From: a virus
Length of the DNA stretch: 64,000 nt
Virus record (IMG/VR): IMGVR_UViG_3300049855_000239
Coordinates: 8,699 to 72,698 of that record
Direction: 5' to 3' (one strand)
Shown here: one piece after another, positions 36,973 through 47,202 of the stretch
How the letters are laid out: the number at the start of each line of letters is the position of its first letter
Position numbering within the stretch: position 1 is the stretch's first letter
The notes under the pieces: model-generated
Seen by the model: the letters and a program-made list of their open reading frames with translations, nothing else
What the model was told of the DNA's origin: nothing
Database searches by the model: none
Made by a program: the position numbers and the translations under genes

Positions 36973-38112
36973 ATGGATGAAAACGAAATCGACCCATTAG
37001 AAGCTTCTTGGGAAAGTGCCGAACAAGCACCAGTGGCCGAAGAAGCAAAAACAGAAGAAACTCCTGTTGCTCCTTTAGAGGAAGAAAAAGTTGAAGAAAA
37101 CTCGTTACCTGACATTGTTCCGTTAGAAGACGAAGAACCTATTGTAGAAACACCGCAAGACGTTGATACGTTTTTGCAAGAAAAATATTCAGACTATGGC
37201 ATCAAATCAGGAAAAGATTTAGATGCCTTTTTTCAAAAGCAGTCGGCTTACGAAAGTCAAATAGCTGAACTAAATGCCAAATTGGAGGACGCTTCAAAAA
37301 AGGCAAACCCATTTGAGAACGATGCACAACGCAAGTTATTTGAGTTTGCAAAGTCTTTCGATGGAACAAATGCTAAGGTATTAGCGGAGTTTGAGCATTT
37401 GCAGTCATTAGACGTTGAAAAAATGTCGGCTAAGGACGCTCTGAAAGAAGCCTACGTACAAGCAAATAAAACATTTGGTCGGGCAAAAGCCGAAGAGATG
37501 TTCGATTTGAACTACGAAGACACTTACGATACGAGCGCACTTGACCCTGATGACGATGCAAAGGAGATTCGCAAACGCAGTTTAAAGCTAGAGTTCGATT
37601 CTGTTGATGCCAAAAGAAAGCTGGCAGATACGATAAAGACTTTTAAGCCAGAAGCGACAAGCGAGAAACAAGCCCCAATTAATACAGTGCTTGAAGCGGA
37701 GGTACAGAGAACACTTAAAAATGCCGATGAGGTGTTGTCCAACTTTAAGACCGTAGACATAGTGCTTGATAAAACAGGTGCTAGAAAGTTTACAGTTGGT
37801 CTTTCAGAAAATCAACAAAACATCGTGAATCAAGAGGTTCGCAACTACTTGTCGAACAGGGCAAATTATGACGAAAAAGGAAATTTGCTTAATGGGGCTA
37901 CTCCACAATCGGTTGCACAATTTATCACAAAAGCAGCGTTTAACGACCTGATGATAAGGAAGGCATACGAGAGAGGATTGCACGAGAAAGAAATGGAATA
38001 CGTGCAAAAGAACGTACCAAAAGCAGGGAAACCTATTTCGGCGGGAAGTAACGCACATCAAGTGGCTACTTCCGAACAAGAGGCATTTGAGATGTCCCTT
38101 GCATCAAAATAA
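36973..38112 (+). CDS. capsid scaffolding protein
   Basis: Acidic, coiled-coil, directly upstream of the major capsid gene. Confidence 0.7.
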   Translation: MDENEIDPLEASWESAEQAPVAEEAKTEETPVAPLEEEKVEENSLPDIVPLEDEEPIVETPQDVDTFLQEKYSDYGIKSGKDLDAFFQKQSAYESQIAELNAKLEDASKKANPFENDAQRKLFEFAKSFDGTNAKVLAEFEHLQSLDVEKMSAKDALKEAYVQANKTFGRAKAEEMFDLNYEDTYDTSALDPDDDAKEIRKRSLKLEFDSVDAKRKLADTIKTFKPEATSEKQAPINTVLEAEVQRTLKNADEVLSNFKTVDIVLDKTGARKFTVGLSENQQNIVNQEVRNYLSNRANYDEKGNLLNGATPQSVAQFITKAAFNDLMIRKAYERGLHEKEMEYVQKNVPKAGKPISAGSNAHQVATSEQEAFEMSLASK

Positions 38113-38141
38113 ATTAACCACAAAAATCAAAGAAAAAGAAA

Positions 38142-39518
38142 ATGGCATATACACAAGCCTCCGCAATTACGAGACAATCTACCGACATGGTGTCGTTGAT
38201 GGATTATATCGACAAACCTCAATATTGGGGTAAATTTATTCAGACCTTCAAAGACCAATACGATTTGGGCTTGATGAAGCAAATGGAAATGATGGACGAA
38301 ATCGTTGGGGGTGAACAATACTTCTGGGAAGAAAACGATAAGTTTATTACTGTTCCTGTTGCTGCTGGTGCGCCAGTAAACAATACTACCTATGCTACTA
38401 TTACTTATGACGCAGCTAGTCATACAGATAGTGGAAAGAAATCATACGGCCGTGTTGGGGAAACCATTGAACTACCAAACTATTTGTCAGGTTTAATTAC
38501 TGCTAAAAACACAAGTGTTGATGGCGCACATACAATTGATGTAAAACCAATTGGCACTGACAGTTCTGGCGCAGCTATTACTGTTGCTGCATTGGTGGCT
38601 AATATCACCGCAGGTATGCCATTGCCAATTATCACTAACGGTTGGACAGAAGGTGGAGCTGGTTTGGGTTCTACTATAATGTCAAGTGTATCTAAATTCT
38701 CGAATAGAATCCAAAATATCACAGAGACTTATGAGGTTACATTCAACTCTCAAACTAATGAGACTTGGGTTGATTTCCCTTTTAATGCACCTGATGGTAC
38801 TGCTAAGAATCGTTATTGGGTAAAACAAGCACACGAAGCGGAAATCAGAATGATGAGGGCAATTATGTTGGCTTCGTTCAATGGTAAAGGTGGCTCTACT
38901 ACTGATGCCTCTGGTAATACAGTTTACTTCACGGAAGGTCTTTATACTACTTCTGAAAAATATGCTACTCTATTGCCTTATGGTTCTACCATCTCTAAAG
39001 CATACTACGATCAATTAGAGAAAATCACTCGTAATAACTTCTCTGGGAACGAGTATACTCAATTTGTAGGTTTGACAGCAAATCAGAAACTACAAGACTT
39101 GAAGGTTGATTACAAAAAGAATCGTCCTGATGGCGTTAGTCCTGAATTGATTAATACACGTGTAAACAGAATGGAGATTGGCGACAATACCTACGACATT
39201 GTTCCGTTGAAAGTTCTTTCTGACCCTTATTCATTGGGTGTTATTGGTACTAAATACCAATCTACTATCCTTACTTTGCCTTCTGGTGCTTCTACTGTAA
39301 TGGTGGATAATAAACCAGTTGAATCTAAGTATTTTATGATGAGGTACAAGCCACGTGTACGTCCATACAAAGGCAAGTCTTACTTTGCAGTAGAGACTCT
39401 AGGTTATAACGGTTCAGTTGCTACTAATGCAAATGACGTTAAGACTTACGCTTGGAAAGCATCTATCGGAGCGCAAACACACTCTGCTAGAAACTTCGTC
39501 TTGTCTTACGCTTCTTAA
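38142..39518 (+). CDS. major capsid protein
   Basis: 458 aa, YFWEE, NRIQNITETYEV, TEGL; strong codon bias; follows scaffold and precedes a terminator. Confidence 0.8.
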   Translation: MAYTQASAITRQSTDMVSLMDYIDKPQYWGKFIQTFKDQYDLGLMKQMEMMDEIVGGEQYFWEENDKFITVPVAAGAPVNNTTYATITYDAASHTDSGKKSYGRVGETIELPNYLSGLITAKNTSVDGAHTIDVKPIGTDSSGAAITVAALVANITAGMPLPIITNGWTEGGAGLGSTIMSSVSKFSNRIQNITETYEVTFNSQTNETWVDFPFNAPDGTAKNRYWVKQAHEAEIRMMRAIMLASFNGKGGSTTDASGNTVYFTEGLYTTSEKYATLLPYGSTISKAYYDQLEKITRNNFSGNEYTQFVGLTANQKLQDLKVDYKKNRPDGVSPELINTRVNRMEIGDNTYDIVPLKVLSDPYSLGVIGTKYQSTILTLPSGASTVMVDNKPVESKYFMMRYKPRVRPYKGKSYFAVETLGYNGSVATNANDVKTYAWKASIGAQTHSARNFVLSYAS

Positions 39519-39524
39519 TTTGAT

Positions 39525-39558
39525 AAGGGAGGTGAAATATCCTCCCTTTCTTTTTTTT
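39525..39558 (+). terminator. intrinsic terminator after MCP
   Basis: AAGGGAGG-tgaaatat-CCTCCCTT followed by a T-run. Confidence 0.85.
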
Positions 39559-39589
39559 GTTATAATACCAAAACATAACCACAATAAGA

Positions 39590-40582
39590 ATGTCAGCAAA
39601 ATCATTATCACCAAAATTGCAAGAGGTTCTTGATAAGAGAATCGCAGATAGAGTTAGATTCCACACCGATTCGGCAACAGGACTAACTACTCCATTTGTA
39701 TTCAAACTAGAGGGTGCAGATGCTATTGATAAAACGGTATCGCCACCTAAATTGATGCGTAAGAACGCATATTTACCACCCAAGACAGACATCTACGACC
39801 CATACGACAAAAAACAACCTGTAAAGATTGTCAGGAACGTAACGGATGTAGATATTCGTTGGGATGACGATAAACAACGTGAAGTAAGCGTTGAAACAGT
39901 GCAATCAGTAGAGTTTATTCAAAGTCACTGCTATGTGCAAGTGAACGAGATAAACAAGCTTGCCTACTTGATGTTTGGCGATGGCAATATGTCAAAACCA
40001 AAATTCCTTCAACGTCAAGGTGCAAAACCAATGATTAAATGGGAAGAATCTAGTTCTACATTACATTCAGGTCGTGACAGAAACGAGGTAGGCGAAATCA
40101 TGTTACTTTCTAAAGCATTGGAAGTAGCTAAAAGAGCCGATTTTGCAAGACAGAAACTTGTATTATCAACTATTTGTAAGGAAGAAAAATTTGCGTCATT
40201 CGACCCTAATGGGAAAGATTCAACTGCCATCAATAACGACTTCTTTATCTTTGCCAAGAACTATCCAAAGTCATTCCTACATACAAATGTAGAAGACAAT
40301 GTAAAAGTAGAAGTATTGGTAACAGAATCGGAATTGAAGGGTATTATCAAGAATGACAAAGGAACTGCTACATGGAAGATTGAAAGTGGTGATGGATTTG
40401 TAAAATTAATGGCTTACAACGCTATTACTGACACAGACCCAGATAAAGCACTTGTGAAATTCTTGCTTGACCCAAAGAACGAAAGGGCGTTGAAAAACCT
40501 AGAGTTCAAAAATAAACCGAAGCACCACCCATACATGCCTGCCGATGAAGTAGAGCCTGTTTTAGAGGAGGTTACTGCTTAA
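39590..40582 (+). CDS. hypothetical protein following MCP
   Basis: 330-aa ORF; position in head module. Confidence 0.6.
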   Translation: MSAKSLSPKLQEVLDKRIADRVRFHTDSATGLTTPFVFKLEGADAIDKTVSPPKLMRKNAYLPPKTDIYDPYDKKQPVKIVRNVTDVDIRWDDDKQREVSVETVQSVEFIQSHCYVQVNEINKLAYLMFGDGNMSKPKFLQRQGAKPMIKWEESSSTLHSGRDRNEVGEIMLLSKALEVAKRADFARQKLVLSTICKEEKFASFDPNGKDSTAINNDFFIFAKNYPKSFLHTNVEDNVKVEVLVTESELKGIIKNDKGTATWKIESGDGFVKLMAYNAITDTDPDKALVKFLLDPKNERALKNLEFKNKPKHHPYMPADEVEPVLEEVTA

Positions 40583-40629
40583 AAAGCGATTCAAAATCGT
40601 TTGTTACATTTGTGAAAAGAAAAGGATAG

Positions 40630-41838
40630 ATGGCATTAACTATATCGGCTTCCCCACTAGGCTATTTAGGTGGGTCGGTAACTATAACAGCATCAAGCAT
40701 TCCAACGTCTCCTAGTAGATGGGGATTGTTCCTTTTTTACAAAGCCGTAACAAGTGCGACACCATATTATAGCAGTCCAGTAGCAGGAAATTATCTAAAC
40801 CCTGCTACTGATACTTATTGGGATGTAACACTCCCAATGAATGCCACATATACATTTTATTCATTTGCCATATTAGCATACAACAATACCTATCCTTATG
40901 GATTGGGTGATTGGGTATTTAATCCCGTTGATGGGTGTATTTATATATCTAACGCAGGGTCTAATAATGGACACGCTTTAGATAATCAAACTTGGTGGAG
41001 GAAGATGGATTCTGACGACTACCAAGATGTCCCATTAAAAGGGGATAATTATAGTTCCATATCTTTCCCAGTAACAACGCTAGAAAGAGCAAGCCTTGTA
41101 CAGTCTGTTACCAACAATACAGCATTTCTTGGGTTGAACCTAAAGATGCGAATGTCATGTGATTCTAGTGTACAGACAATTGCATTGAATGACCAAACGG
41201 GCAATTTTGTTTTTGACACTAATCCAAATGGCTATGGTGGAGTAAACGCATATCGTGGCGACTATGCCTATGCTTCATTCCTGACCAATACAAGAGCCGA
41301 TGGATCGGTTTATACTTATACGCCAAGAACCTACTCGTATCGTTCGGCATTGAAGTACAATATTGATGTACCTAGAGATGGGTTGTATAGACTAGATTTA
41401 TTCATGGCACAATTATATGTGTCAGGAACTAGTTATAATACTAACGATTTAGTATTTGAAGAAACAAGCAATACATTCTATAAGTCACTGATAGACTATA
41501 ATTTAGATGCCGTTTCGGTTAGCACATCATGGATTGCTATTAGTACGCTAAGTGAGTTTCAATCGGTAGATTACTACCAATTGTGTCAATTCTATTTTAT
41601 ACAAGACAATAACGGAAGGAAGTTGTTGTATGACTTGGGAGCTGGTATAAAAGATTCTTGTCCTTGCGGATGTACTTCTAAGTGTGGCGATGATTTGTAC
41701 AAGAAATATATGTTTGTAATGCAGTGTATTGAAAATGCTTGCTTTGCGAAACAATTAGGGAAATATGAGTTGGCCCAGTGTTTCCTAGAAAAGATACCTA
41801 AAAATTGTGCGCCTTACGTTTCGATATACAAATGCTAA
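40630..41838 (+). CDS. virion structural protein
   Basis: Two CBM5/12-like aromatic repeats (YNNTYPYGLGDWV, YVSGTSYNTNDLV); Cys-rich C-terminus. Confidence 0.55.
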   Translation: MALTISASPLGYLGGSVTITASSIPTSPSRWGLFLFYKAVTSATPYYSSPVAGNYLNPATDTYWDVTLPMNATYTFYSFAILAYNNTYPYGLGDWVFNPVDGCIYISNAGSNNGHALDNQTWWRKMDSDDYQDVPLKGDNYSSISFPVTTLERASLVQSVTNNTAFLGLNLKMRMSCDSSVQTIALNDQTGNFVFDTNPNGYGGVNAYRGDYAYASFLTNTRADGSVYTYTPRTYSYRSALKYNIDVPRDGLYRLDLFMAQLYVSGTSYNTNDLVFEETSNTFYKSLIDYNLDAVSVSTSWIAISTLSEFQSVDYYQLCQFYFIQDNNGRKLLYDLGAGIKDSCPCGCTSKCGDDLYKKYMFVMQCIENACFAKQLGKYELAQCFLEKIPKNCAPYVSIYKC

Positions 41839-42046
41839 CGAACGCTCAATTACATACTAAAAAAGTAGAATCTACTCAGATTGGGGAGCAATTGCTTTAT
41901 CAAGTGAATGGAGGACAAGATATATGTTGTATATTATCGCAATGGGGAAAAGATTGGAGTACTTACAATAAGTATTCTACACCACCAAACGAGACAACAT
42001 CCGATAATAGGTTATTTGCAATGGAATTTGACGTAGAATTTGAATA

Positions 42047-42943
42047 ATGGATAATATAAAAGTTGCCCAAAAAGCTACTGTTGCATCTAGGATAACAGAC
42101 AAAACAGTAGATTATTCTATTGCAAAGCAAGATATAGGAAGTACCTATAATGAAATAATAGACTTGCTTGGAGCAGTGCTTGTTAATGTAGATTTAGTTT
42201 ATCCAATAGGATTCCCAGTATATACCACAAGCCCTTTTGCTGTATACATATCAAAGGTAGATAACGTCTATGGAGATGTAACTAATCAGACGAATTGGTT
42301 GAAAATTGCAGGTTCTGGGTTACCTTATTTGGTTGCTGACGTAGATGTCGTGGTTACACCCGTATCTTATCAATCATCAGACTATTATGTGTCAGAACCT
42401 ATTTCACTAGCTAGTAATGCAGGTAAATTGTTTGATTTAAGGCTAACTGGAGTACCTATATCTAATACATCTCAACTTGGATATGCAATATCAATAAGTA
42501 CAACTGGAGCGATAACAGGAAGTTCTCTGTTTATAAAAACTGATTGTAATGGAGTCGGGATGCACACGCTGTTAGTAGATGGTACATACAGTGAAAGATT
42601 GGAAGCTGGAGCTACCTATTTGTTTTCCAAAACATATGATGGCGAGGATTCTGATGGGTATGTTTTAATAAAACTAGGGAGGAGTGGTTTAAAAATTGGG
42701 TCTACTTATGCTTATAAGGTTTCTACTGGAAAAACTCTTATAAACGGAACAAATACTATAACATTACCACTAGCAGTAGGATTACATGGCGAAGATGTGG
42801 AAATAATACTTATATCGGCAGGTACTATCACAGTACTGTTAAGTGGCTCTGATACGTTGGTAAATATTGGAGGAGCGTCATTTAATAGGCCTATAATGAG
42901 GTTTATTAGTGATGGAGTAGATAAATGGTATTACGCAGGTTAA
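42047..42943 (+). CDS. short tail fibre/structural protein
   Basis: N-terminus similar to 60212..63877; C-terminal TITLP...FISDGVDKWY. Confidence 0.6.
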   Translation: MDNIKVAQKATVASRITDKTVDYSIAKQDIGSTYNEIIDLLGAVLVNVDLVYPIGFPVYTTSPFAVYISKVDNVYGDVTNQTNWLKIAGSGLPYLVADVDVVVTPVSYQSSDYYVSEPISLASNAGKLFDLRLTGVPISNTSQLGYAISISTTGAITGSSLFIKTDCNGVGMHTLLVDGTYSERLEAGATYLFSKTYDGEDSDGYVLIKLGRSGLKIGSTYAYKVSTGKTLINGTNTITLPLAVGLHGEDVEIILISAGTITVLLSGSDTLVNIGGASFNRPIMRFISDGVDKWYYAG

Positions 42944-42947
42944 TGAT

Positions 42948-43676
42948 ATGAAAAGATACCCAGTACTCATATTGGCATACAAACGAACAACTGAATTAGA
43001 GTTGACTTTGGAGTCATTAAAACAACTAAATCCTTCTATTGTTTATTTTCATATACACAATGCCCCAGAAGGGGATATTGAAGGCCAAAAACAAGTAGAG
43101 GCTGTAAAAAAAATAATCATATCGTATCAAGGAGCGAAAGAAGTAAGATACCCAAAAGAAGCGTTGGGAGTAAGGGAGAGCATGTACTCTGCTTTAGCTT
43201 GGATTTCTGAGAAGGAAGATTTTTTTTATGTATGGGAAGATGATATTGTGTTAAAGCCAAATAGCGCAAAGAAGTTAGATAAATACATGTCACAGCTTGA
43301 AAAAGAGGATGGAGTATTAAAATTTGGCGAGTATAGAAATTGGGCTGTATACTGGGGGTGGGCAACAACATCTAAAACGGCAAAAAGGCTTATTGATAAG
43401 TCGGTATGGGAATTGCCTAGTGAAGTTGTTAAGCCTTACTTTCAAGACTCGTTTCATTATAAAGGGACAATGGAATTGTATAGGCGTGGACAGTTTCATG
43501 CTTGGGATGATGAATTTGGATTGGTGACTAAAATATTAGGGGTAAATCAAATTCTTTCAGAAGAGCAACTTACAGACCATATCGGATTTCAGTCTACAAG
43601 AATAAGTAATGGAATAGATAAAGTGTTTGGAGAAGGGACCCATGTAACTTTTAGAAACGGAAAATTAGTAGACTAA
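42948..43676 (+). CDS. GT-A fold glycosyltransferase
   Basis: PVLILAYKR, LG..S...AL.W, WEDD motif, WGWAT, WD, DHIGF. Confidence 0.75.
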   Translation: MKRYPVLILAYKRTTELELTLESLKQLNPSIVYFHIHNAPEGDIEGQKQVEAVKKIIISYQGAKEVRYPKEALGVRESMYSALAWISEKEDFFYVWEDDIVLKPNSAKKLDKYMSQLEKEDGVLKFGEYRNWAVYWGWATTSKTAKRLIDKSVWELPSEVVKPYFQDSFHYKGTMELYRRGQFHAWDDEFGLVTKILGVNQILSEEQLTDHIGFQSTRISNGIDKVFGEGTHVTFRNGKLVD

Positions 43677-44992
43677 TGAAAAGGATTTATTTTGATAAAG
43701 GCGGTTGTGATGATGGGTGTAATGCCAACGCCAATTCTTATGAAGAATCGCTAAGGGGCGCACAAGGAGTACAAGGCAAGCAAGGTATTCAGGGGATTGA
43801 CGGCAAAAGTTCATTGATTAACGGAAGTGTTACTGACGGCACGACTGATTCGGATGGAACGGCTGATGATGCACTGGACAATACAGCAAAGACGAATCTT
43901 AACTCAATGGGCTTTAATGTAGAAACAGATTCTACACTTAGACCTACAATAGATACATCTGATACGGTCAATAAAAAAACATGGGTAAGACTATCTAATA
44001 AGGTGCTAAACCTAATTGGGCTGGAAATTAAGCCTAATTTATTGCCAAGCGTAGGCTCGGAAGGTCAAGTGCTGACAGTTGCAAGTGGACTTTGGACACC
44101 ACAAACTCCTGTAAATGAAATTTACAATACCACATCTGTTACTTCATTGGCAATTACAGAGTCAATGGTTGGGAACAATGTTGGGCTATCGGTAGGTACT
44201 GGTTTGGCATATAAGTTTGGGATTCCCGTCAGGGCTACGGACGCAGCTAGTAATAATAATTATATTGAAGGTGTTGTTGCTTCATATTCAGGTTCAACAT
44301 TAACGTTTAATGTGACAAGGGTTGTAGGCAGCGGAACTCCTGCTTCTTGGAGGGTAGCTTTAGGGTCGTTGCTGAATGTGCCTTATATCTCTTCGAGTAC
44401 AGCAAATAAGGTATTAATAAATGATGGATTAAATTCTTCATGGGGAGATTCGACAATAATTACGGGGTTCTGTATGCCTTGGTTTTCGCCAACCCTACCA
44501 TCTGGAGGATGGCTTTTCTGTAATGGGGCGCCTTATGATATAGCAGTACAAACCTATCTAACTCCATTATATAATTTATTATGCCCATCTGGAACTAATA
44601 AATTTAATGACGGCCTCCCTGCTGGTCAATTTCGTGTTCCCAATCTTACAGGAAGAGTACCTGTTGGTAGAGATTCTGATAATGCAAATATAAATGAACT
44701 AGGAGAGACATATGGTGCTGTAACCACTATACTGTTGGCAGAAAACCTTCCTGAGGTATGTCCATATCCTACCGTGAACGGAGCAGGAACTAGTGACCTT
44801 GCAGGGATTACTCCACTTACGGGAGTTCCTGGGAACAGTGGAGGGGGTGGAACTGTCTTGATTCCTGGGGCAAATACAGCAGTCCAAAATATAAGTACTA
44901 ATGTCACAATGGGAACAAATACCGCAACTGGCGACGCTCCTTTTAGTAACTTTCAGCCCTCTACTGTTTGTTATTGGATTATAAAATACTAA
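43676..44992 (+). CDS. tail fibre with collagen-like repeat and tail-collar domain
   Basis: GAQGVQGKQGIQGIDG; LPSGGWLFCNG...FRVPNLTGRVPVG...NFQPSTVCYWIIKY. Confidence 0.8.
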   Translation: MKRIYFDKGGCDDGCNANANSYEESLRGAQGVQGKQGIQGIDGKSSLINGSVTDGTTDSDGTADDALDNTAKTNLNSMGFNVETDSTLRPTIDTSDTVNKKTWVRLSNKVLNLIGLEIKPNLLPSVGSEGQVLTVASGLWTPQTPVNEIYNTTSVTSLAITESMVGNNVGLSVGTGLAYKFGIPVRATDAASNNNYIEGVVASYSGSTLTFNVTRVVGSGTPASWRVALGSLLNVPYISSSTANKVLINDGLNSSWGDSTIITGFCMPWFSPTLPSGGWLFCNGAPYDIAVQTYLTPLYNLLCPSGTNKFNDGLPAGQFRVPNLTGRVPVGRDSDNANINELGETYGAVTTILLAENLPEVCPYPTVNGAGTSDLAGITPLTGVPGNSGGGGTVLIPGANTAVQNISTNVTMGTNTATGDAPFSNFQPSTVCYWIIKY

Positions 44993-44993
44993 A

Positions 44994-45770
44994 ATGAACG
45001 CAGGAGAAGCATATTCTTTCGTACAATATTTGGCAAACAAATCTAGCAGTGGAGGATTCATTAAACCTGAATACTTCACTGACCTAATGCAACGTGCCGA
45101 AATGGAATTTGTGTTCAAGAATTACAACAATAATAAGCAATACACAAGAAACGAAGCTACTCCTATTTATGGATTTGGAATGTCCCAAAGAATGAGGGAT
45201 AACCTAAGACCGTACAAAAAAACGTATGTATTCACATCTTTGAGTAACGGAAGTGCAGCTTTACCTTCTGACTATTTACATCCGATAGGGTTCTTTGCTG
45301 ATTATTATTCTAGTTCTTCTAGCACATCAAACACGACAGAATCATTGGATTGTGGAATACCTGCGTTCCCAAAAAAGAATGCTACGCTAGTGTATAGTAC
45401 AACGGCTAAATCGGTAGAGGTAAAGTTACTGGAAGATGACGAGTTTGGGTCTAGGGTTGGAAGTGTAACAAGAACACCAACCAATGAATACCCTATTGCG
45501 AAGTTTGTAGGCAATACTGCTTATTTCGCACCTACAACCACGTCAAGACCCACATTGCATTATATCAAAAAGCCTGATGGGGCTATCTTTGGGTACACGC
45601 TAGATGTTAATGGTGACGCTATTTATAGCCCATCTACAAGCAAGGATTGGGAAGCCCCAGTTGATTGTCATAATGAGTTGTGTATAATGATTTGTCAGTA
45701 TGTAGGCATTCACGTTTCTTCCGATACCATAACCGAGTTCTCACGCTATAAAGAAAACACTGGGATATGA
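44994..45770 (+). CDS. tail ring/adaptor protein
   Basis: ANK...GFIKPEYF..LMQRAEME; LPSDY; YIKKP; synteny with podovirus tail genes. Confidence 0.6.
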   Translation: MNAGEAYSFVQYLANKSSSGGFIKPEYFTDLMQRAEMEFVFKNYNNNKQYTRNEATPIYGFGMSQRMRDNLRPYKKTYVFTSLSNGSAALPSDYLHPIGFFADYYSSSSSTSNTTESLDCGIPAFPKKNATLVYSTTAKSVEVKLLEDDEFGSRVGSVTRTPTNEYPIAKFVGNTAYFAPTTTSRPTLHYIKKPDGAIFGYTLDVNGDAIYSPSTSKDWEAPVDCHNELCIMICQYVGIHVSSDTITEFSRYKENTGI

Positions 45771-46411
45771 CAAAGAGAGAACACGCTGAAATAATCTTGA
45801 ATTACCTAGCCGAGTATACCATAGGTATGGATTTGCAATATGAAGAAAGGGATATTTACCCTATTCTTGATAGTGTAACCAATGCCTATGCTAAGAAGAA
45901 CATGTTGGAAAACATGAAACTAGGTGATCCGAATATTTCAGATCAGTATGCTTTGGAGTTCAAGAATTTAGAGATATTCTTTGATAAAGATTATGCTTTT
46001 TGTTACAGTAATCTTCCTGCAAAGCCAATAGCATTACCCAATGGTAGAGGCGTTGATTTTGTGTCAGGAATGCGTAACAGGAACAATCAATACTATGTAG
46101 TAAATAGAAACCAATTGACACTACAGCCAGAACAAGAAATAGAAGGGAATGTATATTGTTGGAAAGAAGGTTCACGTATTTATTATTCAAAACGATTTGA
46201 CGAAACCGATGCTCCTAGAGTTTTTATGCGACTTATCGTTTCTAGTGCTTCAAGTGTGGACGCAGATGCCGAATATCCTTTAGATCCTAGTGTGGAGTTT
46301 GACGTAAGAAAAGAGGTCATTAATTATTTTATGGCAATAAGCGCATCAAGCCAAGACTTGACAAAAGATGCACAAAACGAATCAAAGACACAACCTATTG
46401 CTAGGAGATGA
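45767..46411 (+). CDS. tail ring/adaptor protein
   Basis: Second of three overlapping ring-size ORFs; EYPLD motif. Confidence 0.55.
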   Translation: MTKREHAEIILNYLAEYTIGMDLQYEERDIYPILDSVTNAYAKKNMLENMKLGDPNISDQYALEFKNLEIFFDKDYAFCYSNLPAKPIALPNGRGVDFVSGMRNRNNQYYVVNRNQLTLQPEQEIEGNVYCWKEGSRIYYSKRFDETDAPRVFMRLIVSSASSVDADAEYPLDPSVEFDVRKEVINYFMAISASSQDLTKDAQNESKTQPIARR

Positions 46412-47202
46412 CAAACGATAAATACACCATAACGGCAGTAGCGCAAAAGGTAGCCTCTGATTTAGAAGACTTTAGTGGTCACAAGATACTCACGTATATC
46501 AATTGGGCAAAAGCAGGTTTAAGGGGTTTGCAACAAGAGGTATTACAAGAGGTAAAAACCATTAAGGTTGCTATGAATAGCTATTACGCTATTGATTTGC
46601 CTGATGATTGTGTCGATTGGGTGAAGGTTGGCGTTCAATATGGGGACAAGATATTTGTACTTGGAATAGCCAATGACATAGCACTATTTCAAGACGAAAC
46701 GGATTGTGGCGAAAAGACTGCAAACGTACATTACCCTAGCGTTGATGACTTGACAAATGGAATTAGTTTAGAGGCATATACTCCGTTTTACTTTACTAAC
46801 TTTTATGGTTCTTATCCAAGTCAAGGGAATTGGAACGATGGGTTGTATGGGTTATATTCAGGATTACCTAGTAAAGGGTTCTTTAGAGAAAACAAACAGG
46901 CACGTCAATTACAGTTCAGTAGCAACGTAAAAGCACCATACATTTACTTGGAGTATATTACCGATGGTAGTGTATGCAATGGTTCTACACAAGTAGACCC
47001 GAAAGTATTTGATTACTTGGTGCAATTTGTACACTACGAAAGAATGAAGTTTAGACTGGACGTTCCTGATGGACTAAAACATAGAACACAATCTGACCTG
47101 CATTACATGTTCTTGGAAATAAAACGTAGAACCGCAGGTATCACGATGAAAGATATTGTGAATGGAGTAAGGGCAGGGTACAGAATGACACCACACATAT
47201 AA
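46408..47202 (+). CDS. tail ring/adaptor protein
   Basis: LPDDCVDWVKVG, LEYITDG motifs. Confidence 0.6.
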   Translation: MTNDKYTITAVAQKVASDLEDFSGHKILTYINWAKAGLRGLQQEVLQEVKTIKVAMNSYYAIDLPDDCVDWVKVGVQYGDKIFVLGIANDIALFQDETDCGEKTANVHYPSVDDLTNGISLEAYTPFYFTNFYGSYPSQGNWNDGLYGLYSGLPSKGFFRENKQARQLQFSSNVKAPYIYLEYITDGSVCNGSTQVDPKVFDYLVQFVHYERMKFRLDVPDGLKHRTQSDLHYMFLEIKRRTAGITMKDIVNGVRAGYRMTPHI

